A stretch of 64,000 bases of DNA. Origin: Gammaproteobacteria bacterium (GTDB taxonomy: Bacteria; Pseudomonadota; Gammaproteobacteria; Poriferisulfidales; Poriferisulfidaceae). The notes under the pieces were generated by a model. The model was not told the origin of the DNA, did no database searches, and saw nothing but the letters and a program-made list of their open reading frames with translations. The DNA lies in contig JAPOXW010000020.1 of the NCBI GenBank assembly GCA_026706895.1, positions 57,329 to 121,328 of the forward strand. The letters are read 5' to 3'. Numbering within the stretch: the stretch's first letter is position 1; every line of letters begins with the position of its first letter. The translations under genes were made by a program, and so were the position numbers. This document shows positions 63,200 to 64,000 of the stretch, piece by piece.

Positions 63200-63441
63200 G
63201 GGCGTAATCGGGACAGATGTTCGGGTGGATACGGGGAGAAAACGGAGCCAGCGCTTCCGTCGCAAGGGGCGAGGAAAGGGTGTCGGCAGGGCTGTAATTT
63301 TACCCCACGGCCACTTGGGTCCGGGGCTGGTGAAAGGCCTGCAACGCCCGCGGGGAGTTTGGTAGACTAGGCCGATGCGCTGGATCGAGACGCCATTTTG
63401 CTCTGGAATCCAGATGTTGCCAGCAGCGCATTTTTCTTTTC

Positions 63442-64000
63442 ATGACTGACCGGCTGCGCGCCTTCTACGATCACTTGGTGCTGGACCGCCCGTGGGCGGT
63501 GCTGGTGTTCCTGGCCGCGGTGGTGGCCGTCATGGTGACGCAGGCCGGGAATTTCCGGCTGGACGCCTCGTCTGATTCCTTGCTGCTGGAAGGCGACGAG
63601 GACCTGCGCTACTACCGCAAGGTGCTCGAGCAGTACGGCACCCGGGATTTCCTGTTCGTGACCTACAACCCGGACGCGCCGATGCTCGATCCGGCCATGC
63701 TGGAGGGCTTGGAGGCCCTGCGCGAAGACCTTTTGGCAGTGCCGGCGGTCGAGGACGTGGTCACCATTCTGGATGTGCCGCTCCTGAATTCTCCGCCGAT
63801 CGACTTCACCGAGCTCGGTGACGCCAACCGCACCCTGCGCGATGCCGACACCGATCAGGAGTTGGCGCAGCGCGAACTGACGACCAGCCCGTTCTACAGC
63901 GACATGCTGATGAGCAAGGACGGGGAGACCACTGCTCTGGCGGCCTACCTGAAGGCTGACACGGCCGGCAACGAGTTGCTGCGCGAACGCACCCGGCTTC
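63442..64000 (+). CDS. MMPL/RND-superfamily exporter (3'-truncated by the window end)
   Basis: ATG 63442; N-terminal TM then a large periplasmic loop start (RLDASSDSLLLEGDEDLRYYRKVLEQYGTRDFLFVTY), typical of MMPL/RND exporters; the ORF runs off the window. Confidence 0.5.
   Translation, partial: MTDRLRAFYDHLVLDRPWAVLVFLAAVVAVMVTQAGNFRLDASSDSLLLEGDEDLRYYRKVLEQYGTRDFLFVTYNPDAPMLDPAMLEGLEALREDLLAVPAVEDVVTILDVPLLNSPPIDFTELGDANRTLRDADTDQELAQRELTTSPFYSDMLMSKDGETTALAAYLKADTAGNELLRERTRL

Overview
High-GC proteobacterial chromosome segment (gamma-proteobacterium-like gene order, close to E. coli synteny). It is dominated by housekeeping blocks, interrupted by several lower-GC accessory islets. The blocks are: thrS-infC-rpmI-rplT-pheS-pheT-ihfA-MerR-tRNAPro; lepB-rnc-era-recO | pdxJ-cysM-exonuclease; dapE-arsC-like-dapD-glnD-map (minus) | rpsB-tsf-pyrH-frr-uppS-cdsA-dxr-rseP-bamA-skp-lpxD-fabZ-lpxA; an inverted lpxB-gnnB-gnnA block; rnhB-dnaE-accA-tilS; pyrG-kdsA; mgtE; ptsI-HPr-EIIA(Man)-rapZ-ptsN-hpf (minus); and lptB-lptC/A-kdsC-kdsD-yrbG (minus). 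The accessory content sits at conserved junctions. (1) The map|rpsB junction carries vapBC, a BsuBI/PstI-family type II R-M pair and an Mrr-type restriction enzyme. (2) recO|pdxJ carries an orphan 285-aa gene with a C-terminal ribbon-helix-helix. (3) lpxA|lpxB carries a membrane-anchored coiled-coil repeat protein, a HigA-like HTH regulator and a decayed Phd/VapC module next to an inverted gnnA-gnnB-lpxB block. (4) lptB|hpf has an AT-rich islet (NYN-domain gene with an in-frame TGA, a DUF433/DUF5615 TA pair, frameshifted hypothetical ORFs, a secreted ankyrin protein) where rpoN normally sits, plus a displaced duplicate of the lptB 3' end that marks a site-specific insertion. Many long GC-rich antisense or extension ORFs in the six-frame track are artefacts of GC content and are not called. 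All functional calls rest on recognisable protein motifs and conserved gene order; no database searches were run.
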